64,000 nt of DNA from Chiloscyllium plagiosum. Taxonomy: Eukaryota. Below the pieces are notes generated by a model that was not told where the DNA came from, made no database searches, and worked only from the letters and a program-made list of their open reading frames with translations. The translations under genes were made by a program, and so were the position numbers. Position 1 is the stretch's first letter; every line of letters starts with the position of its first letter. This document shows positions 35,783 through 48,856 of this stretch, piece by piece. The stretch is from positions 32,635,046 to 32,699,045 of the forward strand of contig NC_057720.1 of assembly GCF_004010195.1 (NCBI RefSeq), read 5' to 3'.

Positions 35783-37204
35783 CAGTGAGGAACATTGGAC
35801 AGGACTGAGGGACCTCAAAGATCAAGACTTCCCTCCCCCCCCCCCGCATCTTGGCAGAGGTCAGGGCTTCCAACAGCTAAGTCATCAGGTTCAGAAATAT
35901 GGGAGATAAAAAAAAAGCTGTGACAAAGCTCTCCCCTCTATGGTTGGGAGAGTTATTACTACCACCCAGGGTCCATCAAAACCCTCCCTATGGCAGCATC
36001 CAGAAGCATTCACAACTTGGGGAATATCCACCAGAATTCAAGATCTGCTGTTCCAGCTAATGTATGTTTGTGACAGATAGGAGTGAGCAGTCCCAGCAGG
36101 GGGCAGGAAGAGTGAATTCTCAGTTGGTGGCAATGAAGCAACAAAACATTCAAATAATCTTGCTGGTTCCACTGCAATGCTGCTTAATTTTCAACAGGTT
36201 CAAAGAGGAAGGCACCACCCCTCCCAAATATGATATTGTGTGGTATTGTGGGCACGAGTCCATCACCTCCATGCAAGGCCACCTCATGTTTGAGGAATGA
36301 TGCATTTTCTGTGAAGGCTTTTCAGAAACCAGCAGGCGGTGTGGTACAGCCCATTATTAAGACAATGTGCAATTACTGGCAATTTCAACGTGTAATTGTT
36401 AAGCTGAGACACTTTTGAGATGGCAGTTGAAAAGGAACCTACACTTTAGTCTGGCATGGTGACAGTGATGCCTACCATTACCCACAGAGAGCCTCCTCTG
36501 TGATACTACGTTAATCGTAACAACAACCGTAACAAGTTAATTATTGTTCTTATTAACCAAAGCCAGACCAAACATGCTATTAGTTTCCTTACTTATTAAT
36601 CTTGCTTCAACTTGATTTGCATCTTTTCTGATTACCTCAAGTTTATGTCAATGAGTGGGGTGATTCACTGCAGGCAACAAGGGAAATATGCACCCTTTCC
36701 ACTGATTCCATTTATTTCTAACAAATGCTTATAGCTCACCTCACTTTTTCCAGAGAAAATTCCACAGGGATATATAGCCTTCAGTTACTTTGCCCAAATA
36801 GCCCCTGTGTTGCCCTGTCCATCAATTGTCAGTAGGTTATTTTACAGCAAAAGCAATTATAGCCAAGTCCATTAACATCTCAGCCAAGGTGCAGACACTC
36901 TTGACAGAAGGAAGATAAATTTCAGCACAGACAATATAGGCCTGTTTCTACGCTGTATTCTCTGTTGTATAACACGACAAAATTAATGCAATCTGATGAG
37001 CAACATTTCGCCTGTTTCAGCCTGAAACCTCTAATAACTGTGCTTCACTCCTTCCTCCCCACTCCAATGCCTCAGCTAACAGCAGTTAATACAGCACCAA
37101 TTACTAAACCAAGCACCATGTCTCTGACATGTAGTGGTTATCATGTTCGCCTAACATGTGAGAGGTCCCTGACATGAAACTGTGCAGAAACATCACAAAA
37201 GCTT

Positions 37205-37804
37205 ATGTGCCTTTATTGGTCAGGGTATTGAGTACAGGAGTTGGGAGGTCATATTGTAGCTGTACAGGACACTGGTTAGACCACTTTTGGAATGTTGCAT
37301 GCAATTCTGGTCTCCCTGATATAGGAAGTATGTTGCAAAACTTGAAAGGATTCAGAAAAGATTTATGAGAAGTTGCCAGGATTGGAGGGTTTCAGCAATA
37401 AGGAAAGGCTGAATAAGCTAGGGGTATTTCCCCTGGAGTATTGGAGGCTGAAGGGGTGACTTTATAAAGATTTATAAACTCATGATGGGTATGGATAAAT
37501 AGACAGGGTCCTTTCCCCAGGGTGGGGGAGTCCAAAAACTAGGAGAAATAGGTTTAAAGTCAGAGGCAAAAGAGTTAAAAGGGATCTAAGAGGCAAGTTT
37601 CTCATGCAGAAAGTTGTGCGAGTATGGAATGAGTTGCCAGAGGAAGGTGGAGGCTGATACAATTACAACATTTAAAAGGCATCTGGATGGGTATATGAAT
37701 AGGGGAGAGTTTAGAGGGATATGGGCCAAGTGATGGCAAATGGTTGGCATGGTCAAGTTGGACCAAAGGGTCTATCTCTGTGCTGGACATTTCTATGACT
37801 CTAT
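37205..37804 (+). mobile_element. CR1/HER1 LINE 3' fragment
   Basis: Decayed RT C-terminus and ctatgactctat tail. Confidence 0.88.
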
Positions 37805-37972
37805 CTTATTCTCAGGGCAAATGTATACTTCCCACCTATTTCTGAATTACACAGTTACTTTCTTTGATCTGCATGGCATTTCTAGGGAGTTACCCTGATC
37901 TGAACTAATACTAGCAGGTTTTGGGAGACTTAAGTAGAAAAGGACTGGACACCATATTATACAAACTAACTA

Positions 37973-38180
37973 TGATGTGGAGGTGCTGGTGTTAGACTGG
38001 GGTGGACAAAGTATAAAAATCACACAACACCAGGTTATAGTCCAACAGGTTTATTTGCATGTACCAGCTTTCAGAGGACTGCTCCTGCACTAGCTATCTG
38101 ATGAAAGAGCAGTGCTCTGAAAGCTGGTACTTCCAAGTAAACCTGTTATACTATAACCTGGTGTTGTGTGATTTTTTACT
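37973..38180. mobile_element. Palindromic Penelope-derived mini-element, family C
   Basis: ctgatgaaagagcagtgctctgaaagct at 38098-38125; TSD ttatacaaactaacta (37957-37972 / 38181-38196). Confidence 0.88.
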
Positions 38181-39784
38181 TTATACAAACTAACTAACAT
38201 TTATTACAGGTTACACTATATACAGGGAGATGGTTGAACTGGACTTCATTTGAACCTTCTTCCATCAGGTCCCAATCCCATGTGATCTCATATCTTTGAT
38301 GATGCAGTCGAGCTGTTGGGATAAAATTATTGATCACATATACTATACAAATCCAAGTCTTTCACTCCCCATAAATTATTTAACTATCCCCAACCCATCC
38401 CCAAGTACCATCACTGATCATAGTTATACATTGCATTGGATTGACTAGTCAGCCGAATTGTGCTTATTGTCTCCTTTGAAGAGGCTGAGAACAGTGTCTT
38501 CCTGCTAAGGGGCATGTGAGGTCAAGTTGTCTTCTTGGTCATTTGTCTGATAAGCCCAGTCCTTTCCAGTTCTGCTGCTGGATACCAGTGTGAATCTGTT
38601 TTGACTGAACACCCTTGATCAGTAAGCACGTGGTAAGACCATAGGTAAATTGGCTGCCTTAAAATTTGGCCTTCTGATTCTGGCCACAGACCCACACTGA
38701 CTCCCCTGGCTGGACGTCTGGTATGTCGTGGCGTTTGTAAGGACTGCAGATACTTTACTTGGAAACATAAACTGGAAAAAAGATTGGAAGTTTGGGCTGT
38801 TTTGCTGCAGAGATTCAACCAGTTGTTCTTTACGACTCAAAAGGAAATGATGCGTACAGCTTATGGGTTACCAAAGACATGTTTTATTTTGAAGAAGCTG
38901 GACTTAGATACCTTTGCAAGACATACCAGCTCTAGGTATCTTTGCAAAAAGTAATTTCCCAGCAAATCCAGGGATTTGAATTGATTGGAAGACTGACTGA
39001 AAGGAGGGAGATCAGTTGGGATTCAAGCCTGCCAGACATGAAAACACACTCTGTCATTAATGAGAAACGAAATAGCACACAAAGTCATTGCAAAAAGAAA
39101 GAAAACTTTTAATTCAAACCAAGACTACGTCTAAGTGACCAGCTAATGACTCAAGAAGAAGGGAAATTTCTTCACCCAGAGAATGATTAGCCTGTGGATT
39201 TCATTGCCACAGAAAGCAGGGCAGGGTTAAACACTTGAATGGTTGGAAACTATTTTGCAAGCCCAGGTAACAGCCAGGGCCCCTTGTTCAATGATGACAT
39301 ATTGCTGCTCTGTAACAGGTAGTACTCTGGAAACACAGTATTCTGGCCTGTGAGAAATGTTCTGCTGAATTTGGAAAAAGTATGTTTCCTAGCCAAATGC
39401 ATAATGCATAAACCACAACTATGATGGATAGGCCTGTATTATAATGACCCAGGATTTCGGTTGAGATGAACATCTTTATCCTATCAAATGCTCTCATTTG
39501 GTGTTCAGCCCAGTAAGTCGCACAGTCTTGCGGAAGCAGTTATTGTTAGCAGATCATTCTTGAATGCTAAATTGGACAGGAACTTCCACAACCTATTGAT
39601 GTTGCCCATGAAACATTGAGGTTCTGAAATGAGAAGGCTGGTGGGAAATCCTTGATGGTTCTAGTTTTCTGGAGGTCAGACTTGATGCTAAAGGCATGGA
39701 CAATATGACTCAAAAGGTTGATACATGTTTCAGAGAAATAATATTTATGGTTAAATTTAAGGCCTGTAGCCTGAAAGAATACTA

Positions 39785-39993
39785 CAGTCAGTTCTTCTAT
39801 AATGCAATGATTGCATTCTTGTGCAATGCCTCATTATAGGAGAATCATACTTTAGAAACAGCGCTTAAAGTGTTGGCGATGTAATTGTGTTACAGTCAAC
39901 ACGTTTTAAAATTTCATGCTTTAGAAACAAGTCCCCAATTCACATTACAGCAAATTCGCGTTGACGATATGCATGTTATAGCAGAACGATGTG
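39785..39993. mobile_element. Tc1/pogo(Tigger)-like MITE inserted in the Gypsy RT
   Basis: ta|cagtcagttcttctataatgc...gttatagcagaacgatgtg imperfect TIRs; removing it rejoins RT motifs. Confidence 0.55.
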
Positions 39994-40420
39994 TGGAATA
40001 ATCCTGTCATCATGCTCCAGGATCTGTGCAAGAGCACATCATCCTTGTGATAGATGATCCTCAGTTGAATTCTTCCAAAATGCATTTCATCCTATGTCAA
40101 AAAATGTCAGTTAAAATTAAAAATCAAACAAAATTCAACAATAACATCCAAATGATATAAAGAGTATCATTTCTAATTGTGATTGATTGCCGAATGGTAG
40201 CTGCTGTCGGTAATGAGCATGATGAAGACTGAGCTCTATGATAGTTGAGCACGGCTGGCATCCATGGAGGCTATTGGCTGGAGATCCCCATCGACAGCCT
40301 TGTTCATGAGGTCCACATGAATGTGTAATGTGCCATTGGGCTTTTGGCACATGAAGCAGGCCTGTACAAAGTTTAAAATCATACAACACCAGGTTATAGT
40401 CCAACAGGTTTAATTGAAAG

Positions 40421-40455
40421 CACTAGCTTTCGGAGCAACGCTCCTTCATCAGGTG
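40421..40455 (-). ncRNA. Minimal hammerhead ribozyme motif (family C arm 40363-40462)
   Basis: Minus strand CAC-CUGAUGA-A-GGAGC-GUU-GCUCC-GAAA-GCUA-GUG: stem I CAC/GUG, 5-bp stem II, palindromic AGCU stem III, CUA triplet. Confidence 0.78.
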
Positions 40456-40599
40456 GTTGTGGCCACTTCTCCAGTTTATCCTGGCTGTTTACCTCCTTTA
40501 TTTTGTGGCAATGTTGTGAATCTGAGCAGGCTATCTGCTTCAATAATTAACACTCCTGATTGAATAACATAAATAGCTTCCATTATTACACTTGTGTTA

Positions 40600-40900
40600 T
40601 GATTAGATTAGATTCCCTACAGTGTGGAAACAGGCCCTTCGGCCCAACAAGTCCACACCGACCCTCCGAAGAGCAACCCACCCAGACCCATCTACCTCTG
40701 ACTAATGCACCTAACACTATGGGCAATTTAGCATGGCCAATTCACCTGACCTGCACAAGGAAACCGGAGCACCCGAAGGAAACCCACGCAGACACGGGGG
40801 GAATGTGCAAACTCCACACAGTCGCACGAGGCAGGAATTGAACCCGGTTCCCTTATGCTGTGAGGCTGCAGGACTAACCACTGTGCCACCATGCCGTCCC
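40600..40900 (-). mobile_element. HE1-type V-SINE
   Basis: Reverse complement of HE1 with gattagattagatt tail. Confidence 0.92.
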
Positions 40901-43900
40901 AATGCAAGAAATCAAGCTTCAATGAGCCTGATGTGATTTGAACAGGCAACCTTCGGACCTGGAGTCAGACACGCTACCGCTGTGCCACAGGCCCACGTGA
41001 AGTTGAAGTGGAGCCATTGACTGCCCTCCACCTTCAGTTGACGGCCCTTAGACCGTGAAGTCATGTGGTTGGAGCAAATCAGGCTTCAGTCATTGTACTG
41101 TGTATGGAAAGAATCAACACTCCTGTTCCAGTCTCATTTGAAATGTGTTCAATGACCATTGACTATAACATCAGCACTCCAAAAGTTCTCCTTGGGTTTT
41201 GAGACCTCATTCAAGAAAGGCACTTCATATTCATTTGCATCCTCTCCTTCTTGGGCCACAGTCTGACCTAACAGATCTCCCTTGGAATTTCAGAATCGAG
41301 TTACAGATTTTCTGCAGTACCTTTAAACTACACCCATCCCATTGCCGGAGCTGCAGTCTGCATTAATGGTTGTGCAAGCTACGAGTCAGTGTGACCCTTT
41401 CCCAAAACTTACAGGCCAGGGACAATAATGGTGACTGCACCCTCTGTGCTTTTGCTCTGAATGGTTGAGACGCTCTTGGGACTGTTACATCTCCATGTTT
41501 AGCTGTTGGCTGTTAGAAAAAGTATTACAAACAATTAAAATTTGCTGCAGAGCTCTGCATACCAGTCCCAAATTGGTCCTGCTCTTATAGGATAGCACTG
41601 CAAATTAAAATTAAAATCAATGGCTTGAATGGCATTGGTACCTTTTGCAGTTGGATCTTCACACCCCTATCTATTTAGAATGAAGTCGGCACTGCTGCTG
41701 ATTGCAAATGGCAATTTTAACCCGTGAACTGACACTATTACTGCTGTGGATGCTTTCCTTAATTGCGCTTTGGTCACTTTCCCAGTGTTGGCTGCAACCT
41801 CTCAAAAGCAACTTACAGACCACTGCTCTCACCATGTGGAAATATCACTATCAGGGCTGGGAACCTTTCACAGACAAGGGTTGGACACCATATTAATGCG
41901 AACTGCTAAACATTTATGAACTCTTACACTATATACAGAGGCTTGGTTAAGGTGGATTTTACGAGATTCTTCCTCCATCAGGTTCCAGACCCTTGTGATC
42001 TGGTGGGCTGATGATACAGTTTAGCTATTAACATATTAATTCCACTCTCCAGGTGACGATGAATATATTGGGTCCATAAGTAAGAATGAACAGTCTTGTC
42101 ATTCTTAAGACCTTACATTTTGAGTTCCCTTCTTTTTTTTAAATAGAAACTAATAAATTTGACAAAAAATAATTGCAAATATCTCAGTGCTGTGATTATG
42201 AATGGGCTTACTTTTGCACATCAATTCTTTTAGATTTACTAATGAAGCATGTTTGCCACCTACTGTTCAAATATCAATTTGAGTTATTCAAATCCTGCAA
42301 GGTCTGTTTTTCCCAAATGAATTCAGGAGATTTACTGAAAGAATCTGTATACTTCTCCACCACCGAAAGGCGTGAATTGGGCAACTTTTAAATGACCAGA
42401 AGATATTCCAACATACCATAGCTTTACAAAGAGATGATGGCACCTCTTTGTGTTTAAAATGCCATTTTCTAATTTGTAAAACGGTGAAGATAAAACCATT
42501 TGAATTACTTTGCATGAACGTAAAAGTACATTCTACATGATAGAATTTTACAGTCATGCATTGGCTTATTGCAGATCCAGAATCTACCCCTCGGTAGCTA
42601 TCCCATTCATATACTTCATATATAAATTTCTTTCCTTGCTATTATGAAAATGAGCTGTTCCGTTTACAAGCAATTTTTGGTGCTTAACTGCTAAAATCAT
42701 TTGCGTAAACCTGGGAGATATAACCACAAAATAGCATCATCTGAATGAGATGTCTCATGACTTAATGAAAATAAATTCAATGAGATGCCTAACTGATTAT
42801 CCTATTCCTTTTGCAATTACATTTTATAGCTCTCCCAATTTAAATGAATGTAATTTACAAGTAGATTATATCTATGGATGAAAAAGTGCTCCAGAGAAAA
42901 AAAGTTCTGTTATGAATAAGCCTTTTCATAACAAACTGAATTTGCTATTAACTGAAACTTAGTGCATTCTTGATATTCTTTTTACAATAGTTTACCTTGT
43001 ATAGAACTCACGGACATTGTGCTCTAACCAAATTGTTACTTCTTTTCATTCAATGAAGGTGGTAATTCCTGCAGACCTTTCTGTGACAATCAACAACATC
43101 ATCAGGCCACCCACACTACTGCTGCTGTGAAGGCAGGATTAGCTCGCTAGTTTTCTCTTCCCTCAAGTCATACACCATCGAGAGGGCTCCTTCTAGTGGT
43201 CTGGCTGAGAGCCAGTGAGCAATTTTAAAGTATTTTGCCACATTGTTGAATACTGTGTTGACAGTCATTGAAAATGGGATTCAAACACAGACTACCTGAA
43301 TTTGAGACAATCAGTGCCCCAATCCAACTACGAGATTTCCAAAATCTCCAATGTTAACATTACTATCCCCGCCTGAAAAAAAGTCCCAGCACTCTATGAC
43401 ATAAGTTACTTAATTGTCTCCTCTATTCAACAGCTTGAGCTACTGAGCTTAGGAAACCTCACACTCTTGACTATTTTGGTATTTGGTATTTTGAAGGAGA
43501 CTTCTAAACAGCTTTAAACAGGCTTGTCACTTTATTATAATCATCACCATTCTTTCTAAAAATAAGAGGTGATTTTAATCCTACCTAACTAGCAGAAAAC
43601 TGAAGCATGAGTCAGTTAAAATCAAGGAGGAGGGTCCCGCATGCTTCTTAAAGTCTCTTTTAATCTATTCTTGCATGCAGGCATGAAGGGCACCCATCTA
43701 AAGCAAATGGAGTCCTTCTTTAAATATGAACACCAGGTCTAAGGTAATTATACAGTCAGAGAGTCACACAGTGCAAAAACAGACCCTTCGGTCCAACTCA
43801 AATTGAGCTCCAATGTCAATTTTAATGGGGACATGAATGAGAAAGCCATTGTGGTTTTCCTGCCAAGGAAGATGGCAGTAAGAGAAACCAGCATCTTTGT

Positions 43901-44276
43901 AGGCTTTGTCAGTTAGATCACCAATCTAGTGAACTCAGTGTCACAATATGAAAATCTCTATCCACAGGCACATGTAATATTAGAACTGAATTAAATGCTG
44001 CCCTAAACTCATTGAATGAAGCACTTTTATTGCAGGCAAGTGTAATTTCCATGAATGTTGTCAATACCACTCTTCCACAACACACAGTTTCAACAGAAAA
44101 ATTAAGAAAATATAAATGTACAAGTATAATTTTAATCAAAATATCACCCCAGTAACCCATCAACATGGGGATTTAAATTATAATGAAAGTGAGGAAATCA
44201 CATACTGTGCCTGCACTGTTACCATCTCTTGTGGGTAAGAGGCACATTGAGCTGAAAGGAGGGAAGGGTCAGGAGG

Positions 44277-44625
44277 GAAGGCTGTGGTGCAGTGGTAATG
44301 TCACTGGGCTAGTAATCCATGGGTACAAATTCCATCATGACAGCTGGTGAAATTCAAAGTCAATAAATAAGACTGGAATTTGAAACTGGTCTCAGTAATG
44401 GTGGCTATGAAACTACCATCAGCTATCATAAAAGCCCATCTGGTTCTCTAATGTCCTTTAGGGAAGGAAATCTGCTGTCCTTCCCTGGCCTGGTCGACAT
44501 GCAACCCCAGACCCACAGCAAAGCAGTTGACTCTTAACAGCCCTCTGAAATGTCTTAGCAAAGGTAATAAGGAATAAGCGATAAATGTCAGCCTTTCCAA
44601 AAATGCCCTCATCCCACAAAAGAAA
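44277..44625 (+). mobile_element. tRNA-derived SINE with a LINE-derived tail
   Basis: A box gtggtgcagtggtaa, B-box-like gggtacaaattcc; tail resembles the 3' end of the LINE at ~9360-9425. Further copies at 49762-50105 and 10670-10895. Confidence 0.7.
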
Positions 44626-46149
44626 AATCACAGCAATGTACAATGAAACAATGTACAAGACTCCCTTAGAGAGAGTTTTCTCTGGGCACCTCTGACTGCT
44701 GACTGACAGTGACAGATGTACATAGAATCCAATTGTGCTTTGTGCAACTTCTGTACAATCTAAACAAGACAGATTCTGTAGCAAAGGAGCCAGCTTATAT
44801 CATACCACTGTGGTTCTGTAATATAAAAGGGGCATGAATGAGCTGGTCTGAATGATCGAGAGATGAGGTAACAAAAATAGACAGAAGATTAAGCAATCAT
44901 GATTTATGCTTAATGAAAGTACTTTCTGGAAGAACAGGGACACAATGCACAGTACCCTCATTTAAAAGGACAGAAAAGCTAAATATCCCTTTCCTCCAGT
45001 GTTCGAATTATTGGAAATGATTGTAGACGTGTTTGAGTAAGTAAACCGACAAACTAAGTCCCTTCAGGTTTAACTCATGAAAGTAAATGGAAAGAGTCTG
45101 AACGGTGCTGAGACATTATTTACATTGTTAGTTCCTATGAAGTAGCAGACCACCCATAAGAAAACAATTCATACCTTAACAGTAAATGCAATGGGCTTCA
45201 AAGCATCCAGGTCAACAATTCTGAAGCCAAGCCAGATACCTGGTTGGTTCCAGCCTCAGTTCGGGTCACCCACCATGTAACACTACAAAATAGACAGCTT
45301 ATATTGAGCTTCTAATCTAGACCTGGAAAAGAGAAAATAACTACAGAAAGAAATATGAAAGTAAGAGTACAATTACATGCTTCAAATTGATTATGAATAT
45401 CAACATAATTTATTCTTGCATCAATGTGAAAAAGAGATTGTAGGTGATTTGTCAGAGCACACATCTGGTTTAAAATTTTATGTTTTAACAGGTTAAGGGC
45501 CATTCCTATAGAAATAATTTTCTAAGCCACTACTGACCCAACATAGCCTTAGAAACCACAGGATAACTTCTCAACACATGGAGCAGCAGTTGCTGAGCTG
45601 TGTTTCTGTGTTGTAACTTGTGTATGGAACTAATATAGATATAGCCATACTAATACTCTGCTTCACCAAAGCACGACAAAAGAAGCAACAACCATGTAAC
45701 AGCATTACAGCATTATAACTGATGCATTTCAACACATGCAGCGCTGAAGCTTGGTAACAACGAACACTGATTTTTTTTCTATTTCGAAAGCGTTCTAATT
45801 CAAGTGTCGGAGATATATAAGACAGGTAATAGCTCTATGTAATTTAGCGGAAAATAAACCCCCAATTGAATAAGGAGACAGAAGACCAGAAAGCTTTAGC
45901 ATTGATAGCTTAATCTTTGTGAGGAAAACAAAGAGAAGACAATAACAATATAATTGGAAATATTTGCAATGATGGGGGAATTATCTGCCAAATAAATGTT
46001 TCATTGATAGGTCGCTTTGAAACTGAATTTCCTGGTTATGGAATACTTTATGAAGAAAGGATTTCCTTTTCTTTTCTTTTAATCCCAGTCTCAAAACAGC
46101 ACACACTACTGCACCTGTGTGAATCCATTTTCATTATCCCTTCCTTTTC

Positions 46150-46395
46150 CTCTGCCACACGCCTCCCACAATGTCCAACTTATCATCTCTCTGAGTGAGC
46201 TTTTCAACTTGTGCCAGTTGTGGGCTATGGCTTTATGCCCATTAGGAACTGGGTGAACACAGCCCTAGTCCATTTCACAAAGATTCCTTACAGTCATCAT
46301 TGAGAGGAGAATTTCTTCCGCTGGTCTGGCTCTCTTTCAAACCCAGGTTTCAGAGGTGAAAGAACATTGTGCTAACCCACTGGGCCACCCAGTTC
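46150..46395 (-). mobile_element. Ancient LF-SINE-like element
   Basis: Minus strand actgggtggcccagtgg...tttcacctctg...gtgaaatgg...ccagttcctaatgg...acaactggcac. Confidence 0.55.
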
Positions 46396-46992
46396 TTTTT
46401 ACCTCCAGTTTTTTTTAAAAACCAACTTAGCTGGAGTGGTACAATGACACAATGACAACATCTGTAATACAGCAGGAATGGAACCTTTGGAACTGTTGAC
46501 CACAATATGACTAAACTGAACATCATCTGGCAACAACCAGTAATAAACACCAGGACAAAAAATATTTGACTTGAAGAAGGAAAAAGTCAGATAAATGAAA
46601 CTTGAACTGAATAAATTTACAATGGGATTATAACTGCATGAGGAAAACAAAAAACAAATCTTCAGGACCATGTTATTGAATTTCGCAAGATCAATGACAA
46701 GCTAAGAAAAATAAATGTGAAGAAAGTAATAATCTCTAACCTGGATGAGAAGGGCAACTGAAACAGAAAAAGAAGAAAATCGCATATAAAAAGTTGCCCT
46801 GAGGCAAATGTTAGGAGAAAGACAGTAACAGAGATGTTTTAAAACAAGTGAAAAGATATTGGATGCTAACGTGAGATTGAGGCATTATGTCCAACATTAA
46901 AGTAATCTTCCAGTATATGAGTAAAAGGATATTTAGAGGGCTCTTGTGGCTCTGGATTAGGAAGACTAGATTCAAGTCCCACTTACTTCAGA

Positions 46993-47119
46993 GGTTTGGA
47001 GGTGCCGATGTTGGTCTGGGGTGTACAAAGTTAAAAATCAGACAAGACCAGGTTATAGTCCAACAGGTTTATTTGGAAGCACTAGCTTTCAGAGCGCTGC
47101 TCCTTCATTAGGTGGTTGT
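46993..47119 (-). mobile_element. Family C mini-element (single arm) inside a short tRNA-SINE (46940-47165)
   Basis: TSD cttacttcaga (46982-46992 / 47120-47130); degenerate hammerhead on the minus strand. Confidence 0.85.
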
Positions 47120-47457
47120 CTTACTTCAGAAGGATATCATAACATGTCTGACCAGGTTGATTTTAATAAAAATCTAAAAGAGTGGGTGGAGAAGAAGACT
47201 AAATGCTAAAAGCTGCAGTAAAAGTGTAAAATAACTTAAATGATTAAACACTAAATCAATACCTTCAATGCACATTCACCAGAAATGTGTGATTCGATTG
47301 TCAAAATACTCCAATAACCACAGTGGTTATTGAAGTCAGTGTAGAAGACTGTACCATTTAAGTTAAAAACACTTGAGACAAATAAATCCCTTGTTAAAAG
47401 AAAGTCATATCTGAGAATTGTCCAGCACAGGATTCTACGGTCAAGAAAGAATATTGT

Positions 47458-47690
47458 TCTCATGAAGGAATAACTCCGCACTGGTTTCAGGACTGGAAGC
47501 AAGGATTATCTGTGAGCTATATTTTGAAAGGTTAACCTGTCTGACCCAGGTAAGGATTGAAATTAAATTATTACCCTCACAAAGGAATAAGTCAGCATGT
47601 TTAGAACTGGAAGCAAGGATTATCTGTGAGCTATATTTTGAAAGGTTGAACAGTTTGACCCAAATAAGGACAGACATAACAACAGATAAA
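47458..47690. repeat. Tandem duplication, period ~114 bp
   Basis: Identical 42-mer actggaagcaaggattatctgtgagctatattttgaaaggtt at 47492-47533 and 47606-47647. Confidence 0.9.
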
Positions 47691-48497
47691 ATCATGACAA
47701 TATTAGTTGAAAAATTATCAGGAGGGTATTGGTCTGACTGAAAAAGCAGATAAAGGTGCCACCTTAAATCCCATGATATAAAAAATGATGTTGGAAATAT
47801 CTACACCACAGATAGACTTTTAAAAACCTTCAGAAAATCTTGCATGATATACTTTCAATCCAATAATGTCTTTACAACACTGCTTTGACGAGAAGGATTA
47901 GAAATGCTTTCTCCTGGCCTCTTAAGCTACCTAATAAACCCCAGCACGCCGAGGAACTGACTGTTTCCCCCTTCTCCCCAAAGCACTATTGGGTCCCATC
48001 CCAATGATTGGGACCAGCTCCTTCCCAAACATCATCTGATTACACTTGAAGACCATTTTCAGCACCTGATTCCACTGATGGCCAATCTCTTCCTCAATCT
48101 CTCTTAAGGTCCAAAATAATTTGCTCTTACTCTGTTTTGATGGATTTTGGTAAGTCTGACTAGCTAAGTCACAATTTTCATGGAGTTGGGCCAGCTTTTT
48201 AAAGGGTCATTGATCAAAAACTCTTCCTGATGCCCACTGAAACTGCAAGGCACTTTAACTTATGTAAATAAACGTTGTGAATTTGAGTGATCAAACAGCT
48301 CTGGCTTCATCAGAGGCCCAGAAGATAAGACTTGGCTGATCACCCAGACAACCATTAGAGAGCTGAAACATCTGAGTCCCAGCTTGATGGAGGGTTCTGC
48401 ATGTCTATATCTGGGTTTCAGATGGAGAAACTTTAAATGGTCTGAATGACTGAAGCTTTGATTGAGTGGAGCTTTTGTAAGCATAATGCATGTAATA

Positions 48498-48856
48498 TCA
48501 TAGAGTCATAGAGTCAGAGAGATGTACAGCATGGAAACAGACCCTTCAGTCCAACTTGTCCATGCCGACCAGATATCCCAACCCAATCTAGTCCCACCTG
48601 CCAGCACCCGGCCTATATCCCTCCAAAGCCTTCCTATTCATATACCCATCCAGATGCCTTTTAAATGTTGCAATTGTACTAGCCTCCACCACTTCCTTTG
48701 ACAGCTCATTCCATATATGTACCACCCTCTGCGTGAAAAGGTTGTCTCTTAGGTCTCTTTTATATCCTTCTTCTCTCACCATAAACCTATGCCCTCTAGT
48801 TCTCCCCAGGGAAAATACTTTGTCTATTTATCCTATCCATGCCCCTCATGATTTTA
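48498..48856 (-). mobile_element. CR1/HER1 LINE 3' fragment
   Basis: Minus ORF YKRDLRDNLFTQRVVHIWNELSKEVVEAS. Confidence 0.9.

Larger units (their letters stand above)
37895..42033 (-). mobile_element. Ancient Gypsy LTR retrotransposon with short (~200 bp) diverged LTRs
   Basis: Direct repeats ~37945-38320 (split by a family C element) and 41835-42033 share tggacaccatatt, ttacactatatacag and tccatcaggt. PBS-like TGGTGAGAGCAG on minus at 41834-41823. Decayed RT (HKDD near 40050; GLKFN...FMGNIN ~39590-39770) and RNase H-like ORF 39288-39497. Confidence 0.65.
46430..47860 (+). mobile_element. Very old CR1-like ORF2 relic; boundaries approximate
   Basis: EPLGTVDHNM near 46480-46510 resembles the CR1 endonuclease end (EPLGNSDHNM); A-rich strand bias. 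Confidence 0.4.
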
